A stretch of 21,562 nucleotides of DNA from Myxococcota bacterium (GTDB lineage: Bacteria; Myxococcota_A; UBA9160; SZUA-336). The notes under the pieces were generated by a model that saw only the letters and a list, made by a program, of their open reading frames with translations, ran no database searches and was not told the DNA's origin. The position numbers were made by a program, and so were the translations under genes. Below are positions 1 to 8,691 of the stretch, piece by piece (the first letter of the stretch is position 1; each line of letters opens with the position of its first letter). The stretch covers positions 1 to 21,562 of the forward strand of contig JBBDXF010000001.1 in NCBI GenBank assembly GCA_040902485.1, given 5' to 3'.

Positions 1-1781
1 AAGGCGCTTCCGTACAAGATCGCCTGCCACGCTGCCAGCGCCGCGATCCCGATCGCGAGCGGCGTGAGACCGCGCGCGAGCGCGAGCGCCGCCACCGCGA
101 GACAGGCGGCCGCGAGCGCGGTCTCTACACGCGCCGCATGCAGCGCGCGCCCGAGCGTGCTCGTGGAGCGTGTCTTGCTCGTTCTCAGGAAGACGCCCCC
201 CGAACGCACCAGCGCGAGCAGGGCGGCCTGTGTCACGACCCAGGACAGGCTGAACATGCTCAGAGCGGCGCCCACGGCATCCCGGAGCCCGAGGCCAAGT
301 GCCGTGCGAAGGACCCAGAGGAAACGCACGACGCCCAGGCCGAGGAAGAGCAGAGGGAAGACGAGGATCGCCTCGGCGAGCGGTCGCGCGAGGGTGCCCG
401 CACCGAGCGCATAGGCGAGCCCTCCGGCCGTGAGGAACGCGGCGAAGGCGACCTGCAGCGGCTCGCCGAACCAGAGCAGTCCCGCCACCAGGTACCACGC
501 GCGCTGCGCGGCCGTGAGGCGATCGCCCGGGGGCCGGGTCACGAATGGCACCAGCGAGCGCCAGTGTTTCCGCAGGATCTGCACGCCGCCGAAAGCCCAG
601 CGGAAGCGCTGTTTCTTGTATGCGTCGAACTCGAAGGGCATCAGGCCCCGGCCATAGCTCTTATGGATGTACAGCGACGCGTGGCCGCGCTGCAGGATGC
701 GCAGGCTGGCCTCCGCATCCTCGGTGATGCACCACTCGTCCCAGCCGCCGATCTCTTCCAGGGCCGATCGGCGGATCAGGCCCATCGTGCCGCCGAAGAT
801 CGCGGCGTTGTCCTCGTTGCGCGTTCGCATGGAGACCGCGAAGAAGTACGCATACGCGTGCAGGCAGTCGGTGAGGTATCGGTTCCCGCTGAATTCGCGG
901 TAATCCTGCGGCGTCTGAACGAACGCGATCCGAGGGTCGCGGAAGTAGGGCGCGGTCTCGGTGAGGAACTCCGGTACGACGACGTAGTCCGCGTCGATGA
1001 TCGCGATGATCTCGGCCTGCGGATCGGTGCGCGCGAGCGCGAAGTTGCAGGCGCCCGCCTTGAACCCGGCGAGCGGCGACACGTGGAAGAAACGGAACCT
1101 TGGACCGAGCTCGGCGCAGCGCCGCTCGACCGGCCGCCAGAGCGCCGCGTCCTGCGTGTTGTTGTCGACCACGATCACCTCGAAGCGCGGGTAGTCAAGC
1201 CGCGCCAGAGCCTCCAGGGTCTCGATGACGAGCTCGGGGGGCTCGCTGTACGTCGGAACGTGGATCGACACGAGCGGGGCCTCTTCGCCGGTGAATGCCG
1301 CAGGTCGCGGCATCACGCGCCGCCAGCGGACCCGCGCCAGCGTCGACAACCCCTCGTATGCGTAGGTGAGCGTGAGGAGGATCGCAAGCGCCTCGAACAG
1401 CAACAGCAAGGCCGAGAGACCCGCGGCGCCTGCGCCGAGCCCGCCGAAGAGCGTCAGCTCGGCGACGTAGATGAGGTACAACGCCGCGGCCGCGCAGAGG
1501 TATCCGAAGAACACGCGCCCCAGGGCGTGCCAGTCGGGGAGCGCTCTGATCGCGACCAGGCCGACCGTGGCATAGCCGGCCCCCGCGAGCGACCAACCGT
1601 CCGGTGAGATGGCCGCCGCGAGCACCGCGACCAGCGCCGAGTCGGCGACCCAGAAGAGCGCGACAGCTGCCGCCGTGGCCGTCCGCGGTCTGAGCCACAG
1701 CAGCATGAGAAGATGGACGGCGACCGCGGCGGCGCCAACGAGCACCAGGGAGTGGAGTGGAGGCATCCCGAGGCCCTGCAT
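1..1781 (-). CDS. Integral-membrane GT2 glycosyltransferase (cellulose synthase/NdvB-NdvC-like beta-glucan synthase); 3' end lies outside the window
   Basis: Absent from the ORF track because it has no stop in the window. Hand translation from ATG 1781 (or in-frame ATG 1766) gives N-terminal TM helices, then VSIHVPTYSEPP, VVDNNTQD, FKAGACN, IDADY (DxD), VQTPQDY, GTMGLIRR, WCITEDAE and KQRFRW (QxxRW), then more TM helices. Confidence 0.92.
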   Translation of the reverse strand, partial: MQGLGMPPLHSLVLVGAAAVAVHLLMLLWLRPRTATAAAVALFWVADSALVAVLAAAISPDGWSLAGAGYATVGLVAIRALPDWHALGRVFFGYLCAAAALYLIYVAELTLFGGLGAGAAGLSALLLLFEALAILLTLTYAYEGLSTLARVRWRRVMPRPAAFTGEEAPLVSIHVPTYSEPPELVIETLEALARLDYPRFEVIVVDNNTQDAALWRPVERRCAELGPRFRFFHVSPLAGFKAGACNFALARTDPQAEIIAIIDADYVVVPEFLTETAPYFRDPRIAFVQTPQDYREFSGNRYLTDCLHAYAYFFAVSMRTRNEDNAAIFGGTMGLIRRSALEEIGGWDEWCITEDAEASLRILQRGHASLYIHKSYGRGLMPFEFDAYKKQRFRWAFGGVQILRKHWRSLVPFVTRPPGDRLTAAQRAWYLVAGLLWFGEPLQVAFAAFLTAGGLAYALGAGTLARPLAEAILVFPLLFLGLGVVRFLWVLRTALGLGLRDAVGAALSMFSLSWVVTQAALLALVRSGGVFLRTSKTRSTSTLGRALHAARVETALAAACLAVAALALARGLTPLAIGIAALAAWQAILYGSA

Positions 1782-1925
1782 ATGAGGACAACGCCGGGTC
1801 TCGCGAACTGTTAGTCGCTACCACGATCGGGCGCGGGAGCGGTCACTAGACCCGCCGTCAGCCGTCAAAGCGCCGTGGTCACCGCTCACAGCCGATCTGC
1901 CTTCCGAAGAGAGGTGACGTCCAGG

Positions 1926-2849
1926 ATGCGCATCGCTTCCCTCGTACCAGCCGGCACTGAGATCGCGTGGGCGCTCGGTCTGGACCGGGATCTCGTCGCC
2001 GTTACACACGACTGCGATTTCCCCCCGCGGGTCCGCGAGCTGCCCAAGCTGACGTCCTCGACCATCCCCGCCGACTCCACCAGCAGCGAGATCGATCGCC
2101 TCGTCCGCTCAGCCGGCGAGCGAGGCGAGAGCACGTTCCATGTCGATGCGCAGGCCTTGCGTGCCGCTCGTCCTGACGTGATCCTGGGCCAGACCATCTG
2201 CCGCGTGTGCGCGGTCACCCTCGACCAGCTGCCGTCGGACCTCGGATCCGCGCCGCGCACGATCCCGCTGAGCGGCGAGTCGATGGAAGGGGTATTCACC
2301 GACATCCACCGTGTCGCGAACGGGCTCGGTGTCACGAGTGACGGTCGACGCGTGGTCGAGGCGCTCCGAGCCCGCCTGGCGGCCGTCGCGGATCGCGTCG
2401 CCGGCCGGCCACGTCCACGGGTCGCCTGCATCGAGTGGCTGGATCCGCTCTTCAAAGGCGGCCACTGGGTGCCGGAGCAGGTCGCGCTCGCCGGCGGCGT
2501 CGATGTGCTCGGCGCTCCGGGCGATCGCGGCCTCGTCGTCGGGTGGGACGAGGTCATCGCTGCGCGGCCGGACGTGCTCGTGCTCATGCCCTGCGGTTTC
2601 GATACCCGGCGCGCGGTCGAGGAGTCGGGTGTCGTCACCGATCGCATCGGCTTCAGCGATCTGCCAGCTGCGCAGAGTGGCCATGTGTTCGCGACGAACG
2701 GCAGCGCGTACTTCAGCCGCCCGGGGCCGCGGCTCGTCGATGGCGTCGAGATCCTCGCCGCACTGCTCCATCCCGATGTCTTTCCTCCGCCGGCCCCGGA
2801 AGCCGCGGTGCGCGTGCCCGTCGGGGCCGCATCCGAGGGACCGGCGTGA
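1926..2849 (+). CDS. Cobalamin-binding protein-like / BtuF-type periplasmic-binding-fold protein, no signal peptide
   Basis: MRIASLVPAGTEIAWALG..VAVTHDCDFP, RPRVACIEWLDP, GHWVPE, PDVLVLMPCGF and YFSRPGPRLVDGVEILA are typical of this family. SD-like GAGGTG at 1911-1916 supports ATG 1926 over the track start at 1875. Confidence 0.85.
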   Translation: MRIASLVPAGTEIAWALGLDRDLVAVTHDCDFPPRVRELPKLTSSTIPADSTSSEIDRLVRSAGERGESTFHVDAQALRAARPDVILGQTICRVCAVTLDQLPSDLGSAPRTIPLSGESMEGVFTDIHRVANGLGVTSDGRRVVEALRARLAAVADRVAGRPRPRVACIEWLDPLFKGGHWVPEQVALAGGVDVLGAPGDRGLVVGWDEVIAARPDVLVLMPCGFDTRRAVEESGVVTDRIGFSDLPAAQSGHVFATNGSAYFSRPGPRLVDGVEILAALLHPDVFPPPAPEAAVRVPVGAASEGPA

Positions 2850-3784
2850 CCGCGGACCTGCGCCAGCTCGTGACCGGCGCCGTGATGGAGCGGCCGTGCG
2901 AGGCGATCCTCCTGTCAGGCGGCCTCGATACCAGCATCGTGGCGATGCTCGCGACGGGCCGCGGCCTTCGCCTAGCCGTCACGGTCGCGGTGGGGGATGA
3001 CCCGCCGGATCTGGCCTACGCGGTCTCGCTCGCGCGCTTCCTCGACCTCGATCACGTGGTGTTGCGGCGCAGCCTGGACGAGCTCGTCGCAAGCCTTCCC
3101 GGGCTCATTCGGCTCATCGGCACGTTCGACGGGATGTTCCTGCGCAACGACGTCGTCGTGTACGAAGGGCTGCGTGAGATCGCCGCCCGTGGCCATCGCT
3201 CGTGCTGGACGGGCGACGGGGCGGACGAGCTATTTGCCGGCTACTCCTTCATGTTCGAACGTTCGCCGGCCGAGATCGAGGCGACCGTCCGCCGCTTCGC
3301 CACGACCATGCGCTTCAACGGCCCGGCCATCGGGCGGGCCATGGGCGTCGAGGTCCACAGTCCGTACCTCCACCCGGATGTGATCGCGTACGCGGCGAGC
3401 CTGCCCGGCGCGGCCATGGTCCTCGAGCGCGATGGCCGCCGGCTGGGCAAGGCGCCGCTGCGCCGCGCCTTCGAGGGCCTCCTGCCTGAAGGGCATCTGT
3501 ACCGCCGGAAGGATCCGATCGAGGTCGGCTCCGGCGCGACGCGGCTGCGCGAGCACATCGCCGCGACCGTCGGCGACGCGTTCGCGGCGGACGCCGCGCG
3601 CATCCTCGCGGACGACCGCGTCCGCATCCGCGACGCCGAACATCTCGGCTATTACCGCCTGTACCGCGAGGCCTTCGGCGGCCCTCCGCGGCCCGATCCC
3701 TCGCTCCCGAAGGAGTGCCCCGGCTGCCACGCGCGCGGACCGGAAGGCACGTACTGCACCGTCTGCGGCGCGTACCCGATCTGA
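2846..3784 (+). CDS. Asparagine synthase C-terminal (PP-loop) domain protein with C-terminal zinc ribbon; lacks the glutaminase domain
   Basis: LLSGGLDTS PP-loop, TGDGADELFAGY, GKAPLRRAF..LLP, and C-terminal CPGC..CTVC. GTG 2846 overlaps the upstream stop (GTGA). Confidence 0.85.
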   Translation: MTADLRQLVTGAVMERPCEAILLSGGLDTSIVAMLATGRGLRLAVTVAVGDDPPDLAYAVSLARFLDLDHVVLRRSLDELVASLPGLIRLIGTFDGMFLRNDVVVYEGLREIAARGHRSCWTGDGADELFAGYSFMFERSPAEIEATVRRFATTMRFNGPAIGRAMGVEVHSPYLHPDVIAYAASLPGAAMVLERDGRRLGKAPLRRAFEGLLPEGHLYRRKDPIEVGSGATRLREHIAATVGDAFAADAARILADDRVRIRDAEHLGYYRLYREAFGGPPRPDPSLPKECPGCHARGPEGTYCTVCGAYPI

Positions 3785-4143
3785 TGGCGCGATATGCGGT
3801 CATGTGGTCCGGCGGCAAGGACAGCGCGCTCGCGCTCACCCGAGCACGCGCGAAAGGCCTCGACGTCGGCGCGCTGCTCAACTTCATCGATGCGGCGTCG
3901 GGCCGTGTCCGCTTCCACGCGACGCGTGGCGAGCTCATCGCGGCGCAGGCCGATGCTCTCGGCGTGCCGCTGCGCCAGTTCCCGACCAGCTGGGAAGACT
4001 TCCCGGGGGTGTTCGCGGGAGCGCTCGAGGCGCTTGCCCGCGAGGGCTATGCCGGCGTGATCTTCGGCGACATCCATCTGGCCGACGTCCGCGCCTGGTA
4101 CGAGGAGCGCGTGCGCGCGGCGGGTCTCGAGCACGTCGAGCCA
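3784..4143 (+). pseudogene. Diphthine--ammonia ligase (Dph6)-like ATP pyrophosphatase, N-terminal half only
   Basis: ATG 3784 overlaps the upstream TGA. MWSGGKDS PP-loop, RVRFH, AQADALGVPL, VIFGDIHLADVRAWYE and HVEP are present. The expected LW and later DPCGENGE-type motif are missing, and family resemblance ends at about 4143. Confidence 0.8.
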
Positions 4144-4410
4144 CGGCTGGTACGACTGGCCCGAGCGCTCGGCGTCGCAGCGGCCGCTCACGAACAGCAC
4201 CGGTTCGCAGCGCGCCGCGAGCTCGCGCACCAGCTCGGACTTGCCGACGCCGCGCTCGCCGGTCACCAGCGCCCCGCCGCCGCGCCCGAGCCGCGCCTCG
4301 TCGAGCGCGTCGGCGAGCCACACGAGCTCGCGCTCGCGCCCGACGAAGAGCGGGTTTCGCGAAGGGCGCGCGCTCACGCTGGGACTCGGCAGATCGGGCT
4401 CACCGTCCAA
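4126..4410 (-). pseudogene. N-terminal fragment of an AAA_16-type ATPase (LuxR/adenylate-cyclase-associated STAND-like NTPase)
   Basis: FVGRERELVWLADALDEARLGRGGGALVTGERGVGKSELV (Walker A) then GRC..SYQPWLDVL. Past about 4126 the frame is only the antisense of the Dph6-like gene. Start uncertain (GTG 4377, TTG about 4410, or GTG 4494). Confidence 0.75.
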
Positions 4411-4581
4411 AGTTCGAAATACCTGCGGGAAATCCTGAGAGGGCGCCGTGACACGAGCGATCGGAGTGGACACACGCGCCACGCGAGCCCGCACGTGCCG
4501 CGCGTCGTCGGACGCTGCGAGATCGACTGCAAGTTATCTTGCTCGACTTCCGATCCCGAAAAACGGAGGCGGTCGTACGGG

Positions 4582-6378
4582 TTGTCGGTGAGCGAGGCAG
4601 AGACGACTGCGTCCGCCGACGGATCGGCAGGGTCGGGCCGCTCGAACGAGAGCGTGCAGAACCTGCTCGTGCGCAGCGCGCGCAACGTCACGCGGCTGCT
4701 CATGCTGATGGTGCCGGTGCTGTGCGCGGTCGCGGTCCTGAACCACGAGGCGGAGCTCGAACCCTCGCTGTACTACCTGGCGGTCCTGGAGACCGGCTTC
4801 GTCGGGCTCTGGCTGCTCGCGCGCGGGAAGGCCGCCGAGCGTTGGCCCGAGCAGATCCTGTTCTGCGCCACGCTGCTCGCGGCGGGCGGCGTGATCTTCT
4901 CGCCGGCGCACCTGCTGCTCGGCTACAAGGCCTACGCGATGCTCGCGCCGATGGTCGCGCAGACATTCGCGTCGCTCGCGCCCGTTCGGCCCTGGCTCAC
5001 CTTCGCGCTCGCGGCGGCGACGGCGGCGCTGTACGCGCTGTCGCTCCGCATCGCACCGACCGAACGCTTCGTCGACCCGGTCAGCTACGCGGTGATGTGT
5101 CTGGCGATGGCGTGCCTGGGTGCGTCGTTCGCGCGCGACCAGCTGCGGCTGTGGGCGGACCTGGACGAGGCGCGCCAGCGCGCGCTGGAATCGACGCGGC
5201 TCAAGTCGGAGTTCCTGACCAACATGAGCCACGAAATCCGCACGCCCATGACCGCGATCCTGGGCTTCGCCGAGGAGGTCGAGCTCGAGCTCGGCATCTC
5301 GCCGGCGAGCGCGAAGATCCGCGCCGCGCTCTCGACCGTGCGCCGCAACGGCGCGCATCTGCTGTCGCTGATCAACGGCATCCTCGACCTGTCCAAGATC
5401 GAGGCGGGGCGGCTCGAGGTCGCGCGCGAGCGCGTCTCGCCGGTCCGCCTGGTGGCCGAGGTCGCGAGCCTGCTCGGCGTGCACGCGGTCGAGAAGGGGC
5501 TCGTCCTCGAAACCGTCGCCGTCGGCGACGTGCCCGAGGAGATCGAGACCGATCGCACGCGGCTGCGCCAGATCCTGATCAATCTGGTCGGCAACGCCGT
5601 GAAGTTCACCGACGGCGGCCGCGTGCGGATCGAGGTGGGCCTGGTCGAGAGCGCACCCGAGCCCGCGCGTTGGCTCGAGTTCGCCGTCATCGACACCGGC
5701 TGCGGAATCGCGCCCGTAGAGATGCAGCGCATCTTCGAGTCGTTCACGCAGCTGCAGGGCTCGCTCACGCGCGCGCACCAAGGCACGGGGCTCGGCCTCG
5801 GGCTCTCGCGCAAGCTCGCGCGGCTGCTCGGCGGCGAGATCGAGGTGGAGAGCGTGCTCGGTCGTGGCAGCCGTTTCAGCCTGCGCATTCCCTGCCCGCC
5901 GCTCGCGGGCGTGCGCGTGCTGCCCGCGGCCGAGGTGGGCGAGTTCGCCGTGCTCGAGCGCGCGCCGGTCGCCGCGCCGTCGCTCGCGCTGGCCGGCCGC
6001 GTGCTGCTGGTCGAGGACGGGCTCGACAACCAGCGCCTGATCGGCGGCATCCTGCGCCGCGCGGGGCTCTCGGTCGAGATCGCGCCGGACGGTGAGAAGG
6101 GCTGCGAGCTCGCGCTGCTCTCCGGGCGGAGCGACGAGCCCTACGACGTGGTGCTGATGGACATGCAGATGCCCGTGCTCGACGGCTACACCGCAGTGCA
6201 GCGCCTGCGCGCCTCCGGCTACGGCGGGGCGATCATCGCGCTCACCGCGCACGCGATGGCGGGCGATCGCGAGCGCTGCCTCGCGGTCGGCTGTAGCGAC
6301 TACGCGACCAAGCCGATAGCACGCGAGGAGCTGCTGGCGCAGGTCGCCTCGCACCTGTCCAAGGCGTCCGCCGGCTGA
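4582..6378 (+). CDS. Membrane-bound hybrid sensor histidine kinase / response regulator (TM region, HisKA, HATPase_c, REC)
   Basis: H-box FLTNMSHEIRTPM, N-box NLVGNAVKFT, G1 DTGCGI, G2 GTGLGL, receiver LLVED..DVVLMDMQMPVLDG..KP, and several hydrophobic N-terminal helices. GGAGG at 4565-4569 precedes TTG 4582 / GTG 4588; start approximate. Confidence 0.9.
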   Translation: MSVSEAETTASADGSAGSGRSNESVQNLLVRSARNVTRLLMLMVPVLCAVAVLNHEAELEPSLYYLAVLETGFVGLWLLARGKAAERWPEQILFCATLLAAGGVIFSPAHLLLGYKAYAMLAPMVAQTFASLAPVRPWLTFALAAATAALYALSLRIAPTERFVDPVSYAVMCLAMACLGASFARDQLRLWADLDEARQRALESTRLKSEFLTNMSHEIRTPMTAILGFAEEVELELGISPASAKIRAALSTVRRNGAHLLSLINGILDLSKIEAGRLEVARERVSPVRLVAEVASLLGVHAVEKGLVLETVAVGDVPEEIETDRTRLRQILINLVGNAVKFTDGGRVRIEVGLVESAPEPARWLEFAVIDTGCGIAPVEMQRIFESFTQLQGSLTRAHQGTGLGLGLSRKLARLLGGEIEVESVLGRGSRFSLRIPCPPLAGVRVLPAAEVGEFAVLERAPVAAPSLALAGRVLLVEDGLDNQRLIGGILRRAGLSVEIAPDGEKGCELALLSGRSDEPYDVVLMDMQMPVLDGYTAVQRLRASGYGGAIIALTAHAMAGDRERCLAVGCSDYATKPIAREELLAQVASHLSKASAG

Positions 6379-6398
6379 ACGCGACACACGAGGGGATC

Positions 6399-6944
6399 AT
6401 GGCCAACGCAAAAGGTACGGTGATGATCGAGGCGGTGAAGGCGCTCCTGCCCTACCGGGAGAAGGCGCTGGCGCTGCTGGGCCCGAAGCTCGCCCACTAC
6501 CTGGACGACCGCATCGTGCTCGCCTCGTGGTACCCGGTCGAGGACTACACGGCGATCCTGCGCGTGATGACGCGCGTCTCCCCGCCGGGCCCGATCAGCG
6601 CGTGCGAGAAGATGGGCCGCGACGCGGCGCGCTCGCACATGGCGGGCACCTACAGCCGGCTCGCGAAGACGGCCGATCGCAGGGCCGCGGTGACGCTCTC
6701 GACCTCGATGTACGACAGCGGCGAGATGAAAGTCATCGAGCGCGAGGCCGGCCGCGCGGTCTGGGAGTTCGTGGGCTTCGCGGCCCCCGCGCGCGAGATC
6801 TGCGAGACCTTCACCGGCTACCAGGCCGAGCGCATGCTGCTGATGGGCTTCGAAGACGTCAGCGTGAAGCACACCCGCTGCCGCGCCACCGGCGCGCAGA
6901 ATTGCTTCTGGGAGCTCGGCTGGAAGGCGCGGGGGGCGGAGTAG
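6399..6944 (+). CDS. V4R/DUF2378-like small ligand-binding protein
   Basis: AKGT near the N-terminus, ILASWYP-like motif (VLASWYPVEDY), and C-terminal HTRCRATGAQNCFWELGW with conserved Cys. SD GAGGGG upstream. Confidence 0.6.
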   Translation: MANAKGTVMIEAVKALLPYREKALALLGPKLAHYLDDRIVLASWYPVEDYTAILRVMTRVSPPGPISACEKMGRDAARSHMAGTYSRLAKTADRRAAVTLSTSMYDSGEMKVIEREAGRAVWEFVGFAAPAREICETFTGYQAERMLLMGFEDVSVKHTRCRATGAQNCFWELGWKARGAE

Positions 6945-6989
6945 GCGGCGGGGGCGCGTCGGGCTAGAGCGGATCAGCGACTCAGCTTC

Positions 6990-8036
6990 CTACTCGTCCC
7001 CTTCTGTCGCAAGCATCCAGACATGCTTGAGTGGGAGCTCCGCGCGTAGGTCTTCATCGAGCCGGTCGTAGTTCTCGAAGAGCTGCTCGAGCAGTTCTTT
7101 CTGCGACCAAAGCCGAACGCGGAAGAAGCTAGCCGCGAGTTCCTTGTGAACGTTCGACTTGAACCCGCTCCACGACACGAAGAGGCCCTCCTGCGCGCCG
7201 AACTTGCTCACCGCGCCGAGAAGCTTGTCGACAGTGGGCCTGTCGATCGGTGAGTCCCCAGACTTCACCTCCACACACAGGCGCGGAGAGCCGAAGCCGA
7301 GCGGCCCAGCGCCAGCGATGATGTCCACGCCGCCGTCGGCGCCTTCGGGGCTTCGGTACGTCGTGTAGCCCTGCGCCTTCAAGATCGCCTCGACGATGCG
7401 CGTGAGCCCATGCCCCTTGAAGCGAGCCATGATCTGGTCCGCGATCTGATCGCGCGCGAGCTCCTCGTAGTTCGCATCCTGGTTCGCCGCGACGCCAGCC
7501 TCCGTGTCGAGGTCGGCTGGGAGACTGGCGCTTGCGACGCTCGTCTCTGCCTTCCAGCCGTTGCTGCGCATCGCAACAAGGCGCTCCTCTGCGTTGTTTC
7601 GTTGGATCCGACAGATCGTCATGAACGCGCCGAATGAGAAGAGAAGGTCTTTGCCGAAGTGGAACCGCGGGATCGCATCCGCGAGCCACTTCACCGGGCG
7701 CCAGTGGAAATAGGGACTTGGACCTGCGCTCTCGAAGTGGTAGCCGCCGTTGATCTCTCCGATCGCGATCGCTGGTTGAGTCTTGCGCGGAAGGACCACG
7801 AGGTCCCCCTTTTCCATCTCCTCAACGAACGGCCAGATCTGCGAGCTCCAGTTGCGGAGCCGCGCAAGCTTCGCGTCCGGATAGATCTCCCCAAGGACTC
7901 CGAGTAGCGCTTGTCGATCCGCGAGTTTCGAGAGATCGCGGTCCAGCTCTCGCCAGGTCACGTACACGCGACCTTCCTGAAGGAACTTCTGCTCCATCTC
8001 GCCGCGAGAACCCGCACGCACAATCCAAACAGCCAT
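6990..8036 (-). CDS. mrr: Mrr-family (type IV, modification-dependent) restriction endonuclease
   Basis: N-terminal WIVRAG..W domain; C-terminal Mrr_cat with ILKAQGY, DGGVDIIA..VEVK and GLFVSWSGF. Confidence 0.85.
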   Translation of the reverse strand: MAVWIVRAGSRGEMEQKFLQEGRVYVTWRELDRDLSKLADRQALLGVLGEIYPDAKLARLRNWSSQIWPFVEEMEKGDLVVLPRKTQPAIAIGEINGGYHFESAGPSPYFHWRPVKWLADAIPRFHFGKDLLFSFGAFMTICRIQRNNAEERLVAMRSNGWKAETSVASASLPADLDTEAGVAANQDANYEELARDQIADQIMARFKGHGLTRIVEAILKAQGYTTYRSPEGADGGVDIIAGAGPLGFGSPRLCVEVKSGDSPIDRPTVDKLLGAVSKFGAQEGLFVSWSGFKSNVHKELAASFFRVRLWSQKELLEQLFENYDRLDEDLRAELPLKHVWMLATEGDE

Positions 8037-8157
8037 TCGTCGCTCCCGAGTGCGAAGGTGCCGCCACCCGAAACGAGTGTCTCATGCCTTCCGCTCAATG
8101 GGGCATCGTATCCGTCGTCACGCGCTCCGAAGTCGCCGGATCGCGTAGGGTATCCCC

Positions 8158-8691
8158 ATGACGACGCCGACGGAGCAGACCATCTACCAGGTGGAGGTCA
8201 AGCTCTGCCTGGCGAAGCTCGCGTTCCCGCCCGCCGCAGGGTGGAGGGTCAATGTCCACCTCGACCCGATGGAGCTCGCTCGCGGCGGGCAGCATGCCGC
8301 GGGCAAACGGGAGCGCGCTGCCGCAGCTGCCGAGGCGCTCGCCGCCCTCGGTGCGACGATCGGGCAGCACGACCAGTACGGGCGCGTCGACCTCGTCGCG
8401 GACCATGTAGACCACGGTCGACACTTCATCGAGGTCGAAGGGAATTCCAGCCGTCAGCGCGACCAGGCTCTCTACTCGTGTCTCGGCCAGCTGCTTCTCA
8501 CGATGATGATGTGGGCGCCGCCCGTGCACTACGGAATCGCGGTTCCGCATACACCCGGATGGCACCAGCAGCTCTCGAGGATCCCGCGGGTCGTGCGCGA
8601 GCGGCTGTCGATCGACCTCTACCTGGTCGGCATCGACTCGCTGGTGAAGATCGGGCCGAATGAGGATCTGCAACGGGCGCTTCGAACCTAG
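8158..8691 (+). CDS. Hypothetical protein, probable PD-(D/E)xK-fold nuclease
   Basis: TEQ near the N-terminus, GRVDLVA..FIEVEG, then QALYSCLGQLL and YGIAVP; GC3-rich coding pattern. Confidence 0.55.
   Translation: MTTPTEQTIYQVEVKLCLAKLAFPPAAGWRVNVHLDPMELARGGQHAAGKRERAAAAAEALAALGATIGQHDQYGRVDLVADHVDHGRHFIEVEGNSSRQRDQALYSCLGQLLLTMMMWAPPVHYGIAVPHTPGWHQQLSRIPRVVRERLSIDLYLVGIDSLVKIGPNEDLQRALRT

Noticed and set aside
138..1607. 489-aa plus-strand ORF
   Set aside because: Antisense shadow of the GT2 gene, which carries all the catalytic motifs on the minus strand.
3715..6378. 887-aa ORF that looks like a novel Dph6-histidine kinase fusion
   Set aside because: The middle part (about 4144-4580) is the antisense of an AAA ATPase fragment plus intergenic DNA, the Dph6 half is truncated, and the kinase has its own SD and start. 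Best read as read-through across a junction.
4534..6387. 617-aa minus-strand ORF, 518-aa alternative-frame ORF, and similar long overlapping ORFs across the window
   Set aside because: Arg/Ala/Gly-rich shadow frames with no motifs, expected in high-GC DNA opposite or within well-supported genes.
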